A stretch of 63,662 bases of DNA, the filler included, from Octopus bimaculoides (taxonomy: Eukaryota): NCBI RefSeq assembly GCF_001194135.2. It is 5 parts of 5 records of this genome, joined end to end, with 100 filler letters (N's around TTAATTAATTAA, not from the genome) between each part and the next. Parts side by side here need not be neighbours in the genome. Positions count along the whole stretch, not along the records: positions 1 to 23,168 come from NC_068984.1; positions 23,269 to 54,716 come from NC_068983.1; 3 more parts are not named here. One strand, 5' to 3'. This document shows, piece by piece, positions 22,334-35,765 of the stretch. The notes under the pieces were generated by a model. It was not told the DNA's origin and did no database searches. It saw only the letters and a list, made by a program, of their open reading frames with translations. The position numbers and the translations under genes are program-made. Position 1 is the first letter of the stretch, and each line of letters opens with the position of its first letter.

Positions 22334-23599
22334 NNNNNNNNNNCGGCTGTTAACATTGCAATATGTGTCTATTATTTTCAGATAGGAACAAAAGCATATT
22401 TTTATAACTCGAAAGAAAAGTTTAAAACTTAATGTTAATGATGATAATATTCTCAAGAAACAAACAAAAAAGATACAGAGAATGTTGGGAGAGGATGAGA
22501 GAGAGGGAGAAGGAGAGAGAGAAGAAGAGAGAGAGGGAGAGAGAGAAGAAGAGAGAGAGAAAGAAGGAGAGAGCGAGGTGATGATGTTGATGATGTTGAT
22601 GATGTTGGTGATGACAAACTTCTATGTTACTTTCGTTCTTTTGATGAATGTCTTAAACGAAATGACGAATTAATGTAGAATAAAATATGTTGTATGAACG
22701 AACAATTTATATTCGCATAATTTCAAAGCCAATCAGTCAAGACAACAGCAAATATGTAAATACAAAAGAGGAAAATAAAAGAAACACGATAGAACACAAA
22801 ATTTGGTTTGTTGTAAATGAAGAGCAGCTGGCTTTTATCGTCTTACAGTTTTCATACTTATTTTTATTGCTGTGTAGCTATGTATATGAGCATATAGATG
22901 GCAGTGTGGAAAGAAAGAAGTTAAAAGTAATGCTGCTTATAGTTTTGTTATTCTTTACTTTTATAATGTTGTTGAGTAATCTATAATATCGACACAACCT
23001 CAATCGTCCTGCTTTTAAAAATTGCAATTAATAACGTAACGGAAGCCATTCTCGGGTTTGTATGTCACCGTCACAGTCTCTTCGGCCGCCATACTTACAA
23101 GTTTGCAATAATATTATTTAGCAAACGAAGACGTTTTATGTAATATATATATATATATATATATATATNNNNNNNNNNNNNNNNNNNNNNNNNNNNNNNN
23201 NNNNNNNNNNNNTTAATTAATTAANNNNNNNNNNNNNNNNNNNNNNNNNNNNNNNNNNNNNNNNNNNNAAACAATGTAATCTTCTCATCAGGGAAAGAAA
23301 GAAAGAAACCAAATTTATCAATAAGACATTTTAGCAGAATGTGATGGATGTGTATAATGATGAACGGAAGGCTATTAAGTTGTTTGTAAAAAACCGTTAG
23401 AAGATATAACGTCAAAGGTAGCCTATAGAAAGAGAAAGGGCAAAGGAAAGAAATAAGCACAAAACTAATAAAGGAGAAATATAGAGCGATATGTGAATTA
23501 AAATAAGAGCTTAAAGGCATGGAGATAGATATATCTAGTGGAAGTGAAATGTAAGAAAATCAATGTTCAAATTTTATATAATGGAAGATATCACTTATA

Positions 23600-24660
23600 T
23601 GAACTAAAGGTATGCTTCTGCCAAAGTTTATATCGATAAGCACGCTCTATAAACGTGTTTACAAGGGGATTCTTAGAAAATAGAATAGAAAATAGTTCAC
23701 TATTACAGAGTTAGCAGAATTCTTTGCCTTTATCGTATGGGAATGAAATGGAGAGAATCAACCAATCTAAATTAAATTGTTTATTATGGTGTTTTAGATA
23801 CCAAATTAATTTACTAAGCCCTGTACTGTTGCGTTTATTACTATCCCTAAATGTAGAGTAATAATTAGAAATTTTTTTAGATAACCGTGAAGAAGAACTA
23901 CCTATATAAAAAGAGACATCGGTACCGGAAGTAATTTTACACTGGTATATGGATTTTTTAATCTTAGAATTACTAGACATAAACTTAATTCTGTTGGAAT
24001 TGACTTCAGAGACAATAACCTTGTTGTTAATATTTCTAGGGGGATGGTTAGTATTAGCTAAATTAATGTTAGTATTAGTATTTGGAGACTTATTTAACAG
24101 ACTGATATTAGTGAAGAGATAATTTGTGAGAGATTTTTGGAACAACCAATCCTTACCGTGTGCGAGTTGATAATCGAGTAATACCTAGAATTCTTTGGAA
24201 AATTCCTAATAATAGCTTCCCGAAACTGGAAAGGAAGATTAGATGTAATTTGCCTCTCATACGGAATAATCAACTAAATAGTTTTGCTAATAGTTGCCTT
24301 ATTTTTAGTGTAACTATCTTTAAAAGACATCGATTTACCTTTAGAATGAAAAACGGTGGTTAAATAACGGTTATCTCCCTTACGTTATAAAAAAAACCTT
24401 CCTCTGTTTGGTGTTGGCATATAAATTAAAATTGAAATCGTTCATATTGTTACAACTAGATTTCATATCTCCATTACTAAAGGTAGCATAAGATTGAATA
24501 GAATTAATGTAGGTAACTTTCTCTGCATAACCTGCTTTAAGTAAGGCAGAGTTATAAAATTCAGCCTTGTTGAAAACGTCAACATTAGCTGATAACGTAG
24601 ACAATCTAGATGAAATATTCTTAACTAAATTCTTAGTGAGTGCCCTAGAATGATTACTAA
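23600..24660 (-). mobile_element. Penelope-like element 3' part (RT C-terminus and GIY-YIG)
   Basis: FNKAEFYNSALLKAGY; SIYQCKI...FYIGSSSSRLSKKI...STGLSKLIWYLK...LDWLILSISFPY...C*LC. Confidence 0.85.
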
Positions 24661-24767
24661 ATTGCCTAATATATTTAAGATTGGTTGATGCTTTGTGGTT
24701 TAACTCCAGTTATTTATTTACACACAAACACACACACATATATGTGTGTGTGTGTGTGTGTGTGTGA

Positions 24768-24812
<45 letters not shown>

Positions 24813-24824
24813 CATATGTATATA

Positions 24825-25346
24825 CAGGGTTTGGACAAAATAATGGAAACACCTAGCATCATAACATCATAATTTTGAAATATCTATAAAACCGTCAAAA
24901 GCTTGTTTATTTTTATGTTTTTTCATTTATTATTAGTGTTGCTTAACATATTTTACTAAGATTGCTGTTCCCTTTCAAATATCATCAGAAAAGGATAATT
25001 AAAATTCATTCAAATGACAGGTCTATCAGACTTTCAAAGAGGTTAAATGGTTGGTGCTCGTATGGCAGGCACTAACGTAACGATAATAGCTTAAATGTTT
25101 GGTGTATCAAGAAGAATTGTCTCGAAAGTAATGACAGTCTTTGAGAAAGGGGGAAAAACCTCCTCGTCGAAACAAAACTCCGGAAGAAAACCAAAACTTT
25201 CAGATAGGGACCGTCGGACTCTTACACGAATTGTTAAAAAGGATCAGAAAAGTACAGCTGCCAAAATTACTTCAGAGCTTAATGACCACCTCGAGAACCC
25301 AGTTTCCACAAAAATTGTTCGCCAGCAGCTGCACAAAGCCGGATGA
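24825..25346 (+). mobile_element. Tc1-like transposon left end (TIR and HTH domains of the transposase), truncated
   Basis: TA|CAGGGTTTGGACAAAATAATGGAAACACC; MTGLSDFQRG*MVGARMAG...GVSRRIVSKV...SGRKPKLSDRDRRTLTRIV...TAAKITSELN...VRQQLHKAG. Confidence 0.9.
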
Positions 25347-26770
25347 GTCTGTGAAACACGAACATGAATGAGAATATCATGATTTTCATGGGGATCAGCA
25401 ACCATGAGGATGGCTACTTCATTAGATGTGGGCTCATTAAAACAGCGTAAAATGTTCTTTACTATAGTTTACTATAGACGTAAGGAACGCAGAATCACAC
25501 TCATAGAATTGATAATATTGAAAACAGCAAAATGTACATATACGAAGTTCAAGCGAAACGAAATGTAATCAATATAGGTGCAAAACATATTTTCTGTAGC
25601 ATAGTTATCTTATTAAAAAAATAGTAAGTCACCGATTTAGCAAAAGTTACTTAATGTAGTCAGTATAAGTGCAAAACATACTTTCTGTAGCATAGTTATG
25701 CGTCACCAATGTAACAAAGTACAGAAAGTCAACACTTATTTGGAACATGTACTAAATCTTATAAAATTCACGATTGAATTTCACGGAGAAGAAAGTGAAA
25801 GTCCAAGAAATTTCAGAAGGTATAATTCAATTTTTCGTACAAAAATAACTTATTTCACAATTTTGAAATGAACACTGAACCAAGTATATAGAAAGGAAGA
25901 TACTGTTGTTGTAACGTGAATTTAAAATATTTGCTGAAGGATGTACGTAGCAAGATATAAATTAAATTGACATTACTACATATCTTTTTAACTGTGTATC
26001 ATTATAGGCTGTAGAATAAATACTGACTAATGCAGTAAAAAAGTTGTCCGACGTTGATACTCACAGTGATGAAGAATACAAGGATTGTTAAAAAAAACAT
26101 TGTCTTGAAACTGGTTAGAAGGAGTGGAATAACATTTCTGCAATTACATTGAAAGAGCTGCTGAGACTTTCCACTTCGCCAAGTTTCCGAATTTGTTATA
26201 GTAACCAGAATAACATTTTTTCTTTCAGATATATTTGCGGGTATTGTGAGTGGTGTTAAATCATCCAAATCTTCATGCTGGTAGCACTTGAAAGTAAACG
26301 CTGTTGTTCGTTTAACGTCCAGGCCACAAATGAACTTTCCTTATTGGCGCGTTCCACTGTTGGGTGGGAGAAAGTTACATAAACTAAGACACATGTACAC
26401 ACACACACGCACATATATTAACGAACACCTGAAGCCTATCTCTGTCCCTGTATGTGTCGGTCGTCACAAAAATGTATGTATACTGACAGACACATACACC
26501 GTCACACACATATACTTGTCAGTAATCGGCCTAACGTTGGTAACGAACGCGCGAACACACTCATATAGAAAATGTGACGTCATTGTCGTTGTGGTGGTAA
26601 TATAAAATCTTTGCGATAGGTGAGTAAAAGAAAAATGACAATGTTATATTTTTGAAATGCAAATATGTGAATTAAAATATAGTTTAGTTGGTAGCCAAAA
26701 GCATACTGAATCTTTTGATACCCTATACGTCAAAATTGGCAATTCGGGTTTGGAATGCATAAGGAACATA

Positions 26771-26830
<60 letters not shown>

Positions 26831-26861
26831 CTCTTTTATATATAAATAAGATATATATATT

Positions 26862-27225
26862 CTTTTATTCTTTTACTTGTTTCAGTCATTTGACTATGGC
26901 CATGCTGGAGCACTGCCTTTAGTCGAACAAATCGACCTCAGGACTTATTCTTTGTAAGCCTAGTATTTATTCTATCGGTACTTTTGCCGAACCGCTAAGT
27001 TACGGGGGCGTAAACACACCAACGTTTGTTGTCAAGCAATGGTAGGTGGGGTGGGGGGAGGCAAACACAAACACACAAGTACATACATGCATACATATAT
27101 ATATACGAAGGGCTTCTTTCAGTTTCCGTCTACCAAATCCACTCAGAAAGCTTTGGTCGGCTCGAGGCTATAGTAAAAGACACTTGCCCAAGGTGCCATG
27201 CAGTGGGACTAAACCCGAACCATGT
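26862..27225 (-). mobile_element. SINE-A, young, 5' eroded
   Basis: Reverse complement closely matches the copy at 21933. Confidence 0.92.
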
Positions 27226-27243
27226 GATTATATATATACATAC

Positions 27244-27305
<62 letters not shown>

Positions 27306-27629
27306 ATATATATACACATAAACACATTATCTCGTTTAGGCATAGCAATTCTAAGAACCTGGTGTTAGAACTCAATACACATATACTTCAGAATAACCCA
27401 TCAGTCGAATACGGAGCAGTAATAAGAAATTAGAATGACAAAAGAATTAGAAATTATATCATGGACTTCATGAGCTTTACTGCTGTTTCTTCTATACGAT
27501 GGAATGCACTCAAAGTTGATTGCTTAAGTATCACCCTAAAGCTTCATCAGAGCTTCAAACATGAAGTGTAATTCCATGCACACACACACACAGACACACA
27601 AACACAAACTTGCAAATATGTGTGTATCT

Positions 27630-27840
27630 GTGTGTCTGTGTCTGTGTTCGTTCACCCCCACCCCATGGCCTGACAGCTGGTGTTCGCGTATGTCTCCATA
27701 ACTTAGAGGTTCAGCAAAGAAGAGCTGCTAAGTATCAGGCTCAAAACCACAACAATACTGGTCAAATTATTCGACTAAAATTCTCTAAGGCTGCTCCTCA
27801 TCCTGGCCGTAGTCTAATTATTGAAATAAGCAAGAAATTA
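27630..27840 (+). mobile_element. Old SINE-A 3' half
   Basis: Degenerate match: CATAACTTAGAGGTTCAGCAAA...TTCGACTAAA...CTGGCCGTAGTCTAATTATTGAAA. Confidence 0.65.
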
Positions 27841-28518
27841 TCCATCCATCCATATATATATATATATATANNNNNNNNNNNNNNNNNNNNNNNNNNNNNN
27901 NNNNNNNNNNNNNNNNNNNNNNNNNNNNNNNNNNNNNNNNNNNNNNNNNNNNNNNNNNNNNNNNNNNNNNNNNNNNNNNNNNNNNNNNNNNNNNNNNNNN
28001 NNNNNNNNNNNNNNNNNNNNNNNNNNNNNNNNNNNNNNNNNNNNNNNNNNNNNNNNNNNNNNNNNNNNNNNNNNNNNNNNNNNNNNNNNNNNNNNNNNNN
28101 NNNNNNNNNNNNNNNNNNNNNNNNNNNNNNNNNNNNNNNNNNNNNNNNNNNNNNNNNNNNNNNNNNNNNNNNNNNNNNNNNNNNNNNNNNNNNNNNNNNN
28201 NNNNNNNNNNNNNNNNNNNNNNNNNNNNNNNNNNNNNNNNNNNNNNNNNNNNNNNNNNNNNNNNNNNNNNNNNNNNNNNNNNNNNNNNNNNNNNNNNNNN
28301 NNNNNNNNNNNNNNNNNNNNNNNNNNNNNNNNNNNNNNNNNNNNNNNNNNNNNNNNNNNNNNNNNNNNNNNNNNNNNNNNNNNNNNNNNNNNNNNNNNNN
28401 NNNNNNNNNNNNNNNNNNNNNNNNNNNNNNNNNNNNNNNNNNNNNNNNNNNNNNNNNNNNNNNNNNNNNNNNNNNNNNNNNNNNNNNNNNNNNNNNNNNN
28501 NNNNNNNNNNNNNNNNNN

Positions 28519-28578
<60 letters not shown>

Positions 28579-28669
28579 GGGAGAGAAAGAGAGTGACTGA
28601 GATATAGATATATATGTCTATGTGTATGAATGGATGGATGGATGGATGGATGTGTGGATAAAGAAGTTC

Positions 28670-29100
28670 AGCCTAATAAGTTCCAGACCAGGAGGAACGC
28701 CATTCCATTTCTCAAAGCAACAGAGGAACCCCGTTCTTTAACACGGGCAAGATCAAAATCACTTTCCATACACCTAGATAGGGGAAAGCCCTGAGTATAT
28801 TCAGAGTCAGATTAGAACATGGCTACTCTTTGAGGAAAACGAGAAAGGGCGGAAAGGAACAACAGGAAAAAAGTAAAATGAGAACTGGAATGAAAAAGCA
28901 GAAAAACAAAAAGATGCACGGTTGAAGAGGAGGCGTGAATTGCGTCATAATGGTCCGTTAGAATGGAATATAGTATGGATAGTATAATTAGTTCAACGAG
29001 AAGCGGGTAAATTATGTGAGAATGTATGCTTAATTCCGGAGAGGGAAGTGTTTTCCAATTCAACCACATGCTCATGTTGAGTGAAAAATGTGGATCTAGA
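28670..29100 (-). mobile_element. Possible decayed CR1/L2-group endonuclease fragment
   Basis: GC-richer island; MWLNWKTLPS...ILTDHYDAIHASS...RFPQR weakly resembles APE motifs. Confidence 0.25.
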
Positions 29101-29306
29101 ATTCAGTAGGTGAGATAGATTACACAGACGCTATACAAGCTTTTCCGATCATTGTACTTTCTGAGGCATGAAATTAATAGTAGTTCGCATTTAAAACCTA
29201 TGTATATTAAATGACTTCTATCTCTCGTTGCAAAGAGCACTTCTTCGTTGATCCTACCTATAATAGAACAGTACACAATATAAATACATATATACGTACA
29301 TTCGCT

Positions 29307-29361
<55 letters not shown>

Positions 29362-29450
29362 CCACACACACACACAAATATGTATATACATGTGTGTGTG
29401 TGTGTGTGCGTGCGTTTGCGTGTGCATTTGTGTGTGTGTATTACTATTTT

Positions 29451-29660
29451 ATTCTTTCACTTGTACCAGTCATTTGACTGCGGCCATGCTGGGACACTGA
29501 CTTGAAGAGTTTTAGTCGAAGAAATCGATCCCAGGACATTTTAAAGTTTAGTACTTGTTCTATCGTCTTCTTTTTGTTGAACTGTTAAGTTACGGGGTCA
29601 TAAACACACCAACACCAATTGTCAAGCGGTGATGGGGACAAATCACACAAAGACACACAC
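29451..29660 (-). mobile_element. SINE-A 3' half
   Basis: CAGTCATTTGACTGCGGCCATGCTGG...AAGTTACGGGG...GTCAAGCGGTG. Confidence 0.85.
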
Positions 29661-29671
29661 ACACACATATA

Positions 29672-29726
<55 letters not shown>

Positions 29727-30319
29727 NNNNNNNNNNNNNNNNNNNNNNNNNNNNNNNNNNNNNNNNNNNNNNNNNNNNNNNNNNNNNNNNNNNNNNNNNN
29801 NNNNNNNNNNNNNNNNNNNNNNNNNNNNNNNNNNNNNNNNNNNNNNNNNNNNNNNNNNNNNNNNNNNNNNNNNNNNNNNNNNNNNNNNNNNNNNNNNNNN
29901 NNNNNNNNNNNNNNNNNNNNNNNNNNNNNNNNNNNNNNNNNNNNNNNNNNNNNNNNNNNNNNNNNNNNNNNNNNNNNNNNNNNNNNNNNNNNNNNNNNNN
30001 NNNNNNNNNNNNNNNNNNNNNNNNNNNNNNNNNNNNNNNNNNNNNNNNNNNNNNNNNNNNNNNNNNNNNNNNNNNNNNNNNNNNNNNNNNNNNNNNNNNN
30101 NNNNNNNNNNNNNNNNNNNNNNNNNNNNNNNNNNNNNNNNNNNNNNNNNNNNNNNNNNNNNNNNNNNNNNNNNNNNNNNNNNNNNNNNNNNNNNNNNNNN
30201 NNNNNNNNNNNNNNNNNNNNNNNNNNNNNNNNNNNNNNNNNNNNCTTATATATATATCAAACACAGGATAATGCTAATATAGCCTGAACAGGTTAAACTA
30301 CCCCTATTTTGCAGAAAAA

Positions 30320-30960
30320 AGTGTGGGCGGCCGGCGAGAGAGGAGAGAGGAGGAAAGTTAGATGAAAAGGGGAGGAGAGTTGAGTCCATATGGCACAAAG
30401 AAGCGAAGAGAGAAGATTAATGCTTGTTCACGGCGAAGACGAGAGTCTGGATGGCCCCTGTGCAAGGACAATCCGAACACAGACAGGTGTTGTAAAGTAT
30501 GACCGGTTGACCGGAAATGTCGCGAGACCAGGGTGTTGTTGCTGAGTTTGATGTCTCGGAGGAACCGGTCAGCCAAGCAGCGTCCCGTTTGACCGATGTA
30601 TAGAGAAGGACAGAGAGAGCAGGAGATGCGGTAGATGACGCTGCTAGAAGTGAATATGAAGGAGTCAGTGATATGATAGGGTCGATGATGGGTGCCTGTG
30701 AGGAGGGTGGTGTTGGAGAGGTAGGAGCAAGTGCGACAGCTTGGGCGGGAGCAGGGGAACGAGCCGGGTTGGGATGTTAGGTCAGGGAAGAAGCTTTGGA
30801 CCAAGAGGTCTCGTAGGTTGTGGGCTCGTTTGAAGGAGGGTTAAGGAAAATGTGCGAAGTGGAGAGGTCGGACTGGAGTCACCGGAAAGCTCGGAGAATG
30901 GTGCGTTGGAGGGTGGCGGAATGGTAGATGAGGGGAAACGGAAAACGGGTGACGGTGAGG
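30320..30960 (-). mobile_element. Penelope-like element (GIY-YIG with upstream Cys motif), 3' fragment
   Basis: FKRAHNLRDLLV; PGSFPCSRPSCRTC...SSSVIYRISCSLCPSLYIGQTGRCLADRF...VSRHF...RLRREQALIF...GLN. Confidence 0.92.
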
Positions 30961-31100
30961 CGGGTGCGGGGGCAGAGAGCATATGCACGGTCGACAGAAC
31001 GTGCTCTGGCGGTGTGAATAGTGATGAGGGGATATCCATGTAGGATGAAGTGGCGAGCCATATGAACACTTAGAAATATATATATACATATATATACGTT

Positions 31101-31134
<34 letters not shown>

Positions 31135-32152
31135 GTATATACACTTATAAGTATACATACGATATACATAAATACATACATGCAGACAGACAGACAGACA
31201 TAGATACACACACGCGCATACACATTTATATATGTAATGCATTGCATAATTTGTGTATACAAATATATACGAGTCTATAACTACGATATACGTATATAAG
31301 TGTGTGTATTCCTATGTCTATGAACACGAATACACACTTGATTCATGTGTGTTATTTGGAATATTATCAAAGTTAATCAAATGTTTTCATTGAACAGATA
31401 TATCGACTTTATATAGCATTACAGCTACAGAGATAGAGTTTCAATACGAAATTTATTGCTCCATCAAAGCTTTTAAGTACAAACATAGCAATACATTAAT
31501 GGCTGCACTTTAGTCAAAGATAAGCTGGAAATATGGCAGTAAGTTTAGTATGTTGTTAGGAAAGTCGTCCATCATATCGGTGTGTGTATGTGTATAGATG
31601 CCGTTATTTGTAGTTTTAGTATATGATTTTGATGACTGTTCATATTTAACTTAGAAATAGTAAAATATTTTATTAGCTAGACTGTAATATACCGACATTA
31701 GATTTAAAGCACTGAGTTATGTCATTTTGTTTCCACGATAAAGTCTCAGTTGACCGAATCGATATGGTACCAGCTTGTAAAATGGAGGATAATGGCTCTT
31801 ATGCAGTCAGTTTCTAGTGCCTCGTTGTGTCAGGAGCAAATAAACTTAACTGCTTATGAACCAGTATACCTAACTTTAAGTCCCATGATGGAGTACAATT
31901 CACTTGCTGTCAGTCATATAAGAGATGGATAATCTGAATTTTTTATCATGAATTATTGAACTTAATCCTCACAGCAATGTATTTAACAAACATTATTTCA
32001 GTGTCTCTCCTTCGTTATGGAGACACTGTCTTTAATGTTTCCACAATGTATACAGGATATTACTTATTGTTCGCTAATATTCTGAACATTTGAGATATTA
32101 CTTTTTAGAGATATTAAATGTACAAGTAGTAAATGTACTTTCGTTTTTGGTG

Positions 32153-32295
32153 TTACTGTTGTTTAACCCCAAGTCAGCTTTAACTGAAGAGTTCATGCAA
32201 TGCTCATCCTGTCATTTTTAAGATATATGTTCCTTTGTTTTATAAGACAGTACGGGCTGCTTTGAGGGAGACCTTTGACAGCTATTTCTATCTGA
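32153..32295 (-). mobile_element. SINE-E-like fragment
   Basis: Minus strand ends GCTGACTTGGGGTTAAACAAC. Confidence 0.5.
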
Positions 32296-32313
32296 TTGTG
32301 TTACTGCATAAAG

Positions 32314-32597
32314 TAGACTTTCCCAAACCTGGGTGTGCGGATACCAGAATGTTCACAAAGATAGTTTTGCGGCTTCATGAGCTGTATTAAAAACTTTCAA
32401 CGGCTGAAGTGTAAAATGTTTAAATTATTCATTTACAAATAATTATATCTTTCAATTGAAAGATTAAAGTAGAAAAACGACTGTACTTAATTAATAAAAC
32501 CAGTTTATTGGGTAGTCTGATCTTTCAAATGTCCGAAATACATGAAACAAATCAATGAATGTGGGTCTCTTGATAGTGAAACGGTAGGGAACTATTG
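32314..32597. mobile_element. Possible hAT-type MITE
   Basis: Degenerate TIRs TAGACTTTCCCAAACC and GGTAGGGAACTATTG; TSD not clean. Confidence 0.3.
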
Positions 32598-33049
32598 CAT
32601 AACGGCTGAAATTTGTCATTAGTGGCTCAAACAAAATGTCTGAAATCAACTACGATGCAGTAGATTACGTCCATACACTAATTATATATTTCGTAGTAGA
32701 GAATCAATGTGCACGCGTATGTTTCTATGTGATGGTGTATAGCGGTGTAGATAGGTGTAAATACATTTTCGTGGGTGAAACTAAGTATTGCGGTTGATGT
32801 AAGTGGCATAAAACCATGAAAGTGGTAAACCAGCGTGGCTGTATTTCTGTGATTTAAAATAGTAAATGACTTTAAGAATATTATCGTCTCCGTGTGGAGA
32901 AATATTGCGCACAACACTTTGTAGTTAGTTTGATCACTTATATGCTTGTTATGTTAACAAACAGGAAAGTGCACGCAAAGAGTTAACGATTCTGTTGTGG
33001 TTATGTTTGAGTATCAACATAAGTACAGTAGTGGTTAGAGGAAGGCCAG

Positions 33050-33205
33050 GGTAAGACAAGCATATCAAATCATTAACTTAACGTATGAAACAAAACAAAA
33101 AAAAAAGGACAAGGAGTAAAGACAATACAAAAAGTTAAAATGGTTTTGGATCATAAATCTATCCGATCAGTAGTAACCTGGGGCTAAATAACAAAAAAAA
33201 AAAAA
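33050..33205 (+). mobile_element. SINE-E-like 3' fragment with an A-rich tail
   Basis: GATCATAAATCT...AACCTGGGGCTAAATAACAAAAAAAA. Confidence 0.5.
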
Positions 33206-33631
33206 ATATCATAGCAATCAACTTTACAATCTAATCTATTAATCTCATAAATGTAATTTATTCATTTCACTGCAGATTGGTTACCTCTATGTTAACATTA
33301 ATACAGGCTCACAGATTCCATGCGAAAACCAGGGTTGAACCACTACTTTGCATTTTGTTTAAGGCTGTTTCATTACACAACAGTTCCGATTCTAGGAATG
33401 TTGTTGGTATCGAACTTCCATCTCTGTTAACTGAGATGCTATAGTGTTCATTCTCATGCGAAATATCGACGTTATATTAAATGATTTACTGTTGGTTTAG
33501 CCGAGTCAATCATTTATCAATCAGTGCCGCAGTGTTTGCTTAATTTAAAGGAAAATTTATGTTAGTTTCTTCCAAATAGCAGCAAATAGCAAAAAAATGT
33601 TTAAAAGGCAACTAACTACAACAGCCAGCAG

Positions 33632-33890
33632 TGGTTATATCAACAAGAAACAACATCAACAATAATGGCTGCAGCAATAACAACAACAACAACAATAATT
33701 ACAACAACAACAACAACAACAACAACAGACAACAGACAACAGCTAGGGAATGGAAATGTTACCTTATTGTGTTACGCAAGTTGATTCTCACTAGAACACA
33801 TCATGGAAAACGATATCAAAAACTACATTATCAACAACAACAACAATAATAACACCATCATCGCCACCGACAACAACAACAACGACAATG
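33632..33890. repeat. (AAC/AAT)n compound microsatellite
   Basis: Read directly from the sequence. Confidence 0.9.
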
Positions 33891-35267
33891 AAGCGTGGGA
33901 TAAAAGAACTGGAGTTCAGTTTCACGCCTCGTAGGTCCCTTTTGAATAGTTCATCATTATATTTTTACGGTAAAACTCCCTTTCGGGAGTGGAAATGCGC
34001 TGACATTCTTATCTTCACAACTGATCTTAGCAACGCTTCCGATTACTCTTAGCGACTCCTTTTTACCGAACTAAACTAATTAACAATTCCTTATGTGATT
34101 TATTAACGTTTTGATCGAAAGTTATCGATTATAAGTGGGACATAACAGAAATAAATGAATGAACGAAAGAGAGAAAGAGAAAAAGAAAAACAGAAAGAAA
34201 GAAAGACAGAAAACTAGAGAGACGGAAAGAAAGTGATGAAATAAGAAACCAAGTGAGAAATATAAATACAACTATATAGATACATAAAATTCGTATGTAT
34301 GTAGGATGAGATTCAGCAAGTGTGATGTCACAGCAACTAACGAAGAAGGTTTTGGGTGAGTGAGTGAGTGAGTAAGAGAAGATGGAAGTGACTTGCTTGC
34401 GAGAAGATAATTTTGATATGATTTATAGTCATTGAAATCTGCTTCACAGCACCACAACGGTGTGAATATTTAGAATATATTAAGGAAATTTGCCCTGGGG
34501 GTCTTGACTAGCAATCTTGAAAATTCTATTTCAGAAAGATCAAAAGAGACTTTTATAAATTTTGATTAACATTCTATTCAATTACCCAATATAAACGAAC
34601 TAAATTTCATAGGAAGTTGCGATTTTCCTAAAGATCTAAATTTAGTATCTCCATGTATGTATGTGTATGTATATATATATATATATATATACATATGCTA
34701 TGTATGTACATATATATACACACTATGTATCTATATATATGCATTATACGTATGTTATTTGGTATTTTTTATGTTTCTTTTTGTTTACTTATTGTCATTA
34801 TTTGCAAAGAAAAATCCACAGTAACAACGACAAGAATAAAAACAAGAACATTTTTCTGAATTCTTTTTCAATTTCGATATTATCATGTTAGGTGTTTGCT
34901 TTTACATGAAATANNNNNNNNNNNNNNNNNNNNNNNNNNNNNNNNNNNNNNNNNNNNNNNNNNNNNNNNNNNNNNNNNNNNNNNNNNNNNNNNNNNNNNN
35001 NNNNNNNNNNNNNNNNNNNNNNNNNNNNNNNNNNNNNNNNNNNNNNNNNNNNNNNNNNNNNNNNNNNNNNNNNNNNNNNNNNNNNNNNNNNNNNNNNNNN
35101 NNNNNNNNNNNNNNNNNNNNNNNNNNNNNNNNNNNNNNNNNNNNNNNNNNNNNNNNNNNNNNNNNNNNNNNNNNNNNNNNNNNNNNNNNNNNNNNNNNNN
35201 NNNNNNNNNNNNNNNNNNNNNNNNNNNNNNNNNNNNNNNNNNNNNNNNNNNNNNNNNNNNNNNNTAT

Positions 35268-35320
<53 letters not shown>

Positions 35321-35367
35321 ACACATATGTATATACATACATACATATATATATATATATACACATG

Positions 35368-35400
<33 letters not shown>

Positions 35401-35599
35401 GTATACTTATTTGCATATACATATATACGCATACACGCGCGCACACACACACATACACACATATATATACATATATGTGCGTGTGTATGTATATATAAAT
35501 ATATATCTGTATGTATATACACCCTTGAGCAATCAATCTTGCATGCTAGTTAAACTGTAATACAACCAGCTGATAAACATTTACAGCAACATGTCGATT

Positions 35600-35625
35600 A
35601 ACTACTACTACTAATAATAATAATG

Positions 35626-35677
<52 letters not shown>

Positions 35678-35765
35678 CAACAGCAACAACAACAACAACA
35701 ACAACAGCAACAACTGCAACAGCAACAACAACAACAACAACAACAATTATTATCATCATCATGAT
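35600..35765. repeat. (ACT)(AAT)(AAC)(ATC) compound trinucleotide microsatellite
   Basis: Read directly from the sequence. Confidence 0.95.

Noticed and set aside
22687-22986. 99-aa ORF with hydrophobic stretches
   Set aside because: AT-rich composition explains the F/L/I/K content; there are no splice signals or recognised domain.
23169-23268. TTAATTAATTAA embedded in N runs (also 54761, 58042 and 62486)
   Set aside because: Each sits in the middle of a gap (44 N + 12 + 44 N = 100 bp where counted) and gives stops in all six frames. It is an artificial scaffolding linker, not biology.
26002-26268. 88-aa minus-strand ORF with a TM-like end
   Set aside because: It has no ATG start, splice support or recognised homology.
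31750-31830. MEDNGSYAVSF resembling a filamin-repeat motif
   Set aside because: An in-frame stop follows immediately and there is no donor site; this is likely chance.
33965-33992. Adjacent short palindromes TTTTACGGTAAAA and ACTCCCTTTCGGGAGT
   Set aside because: The 5-6-bp stems are expected by chance in 63 kb, and no terminator logic applies in a eukaryote.
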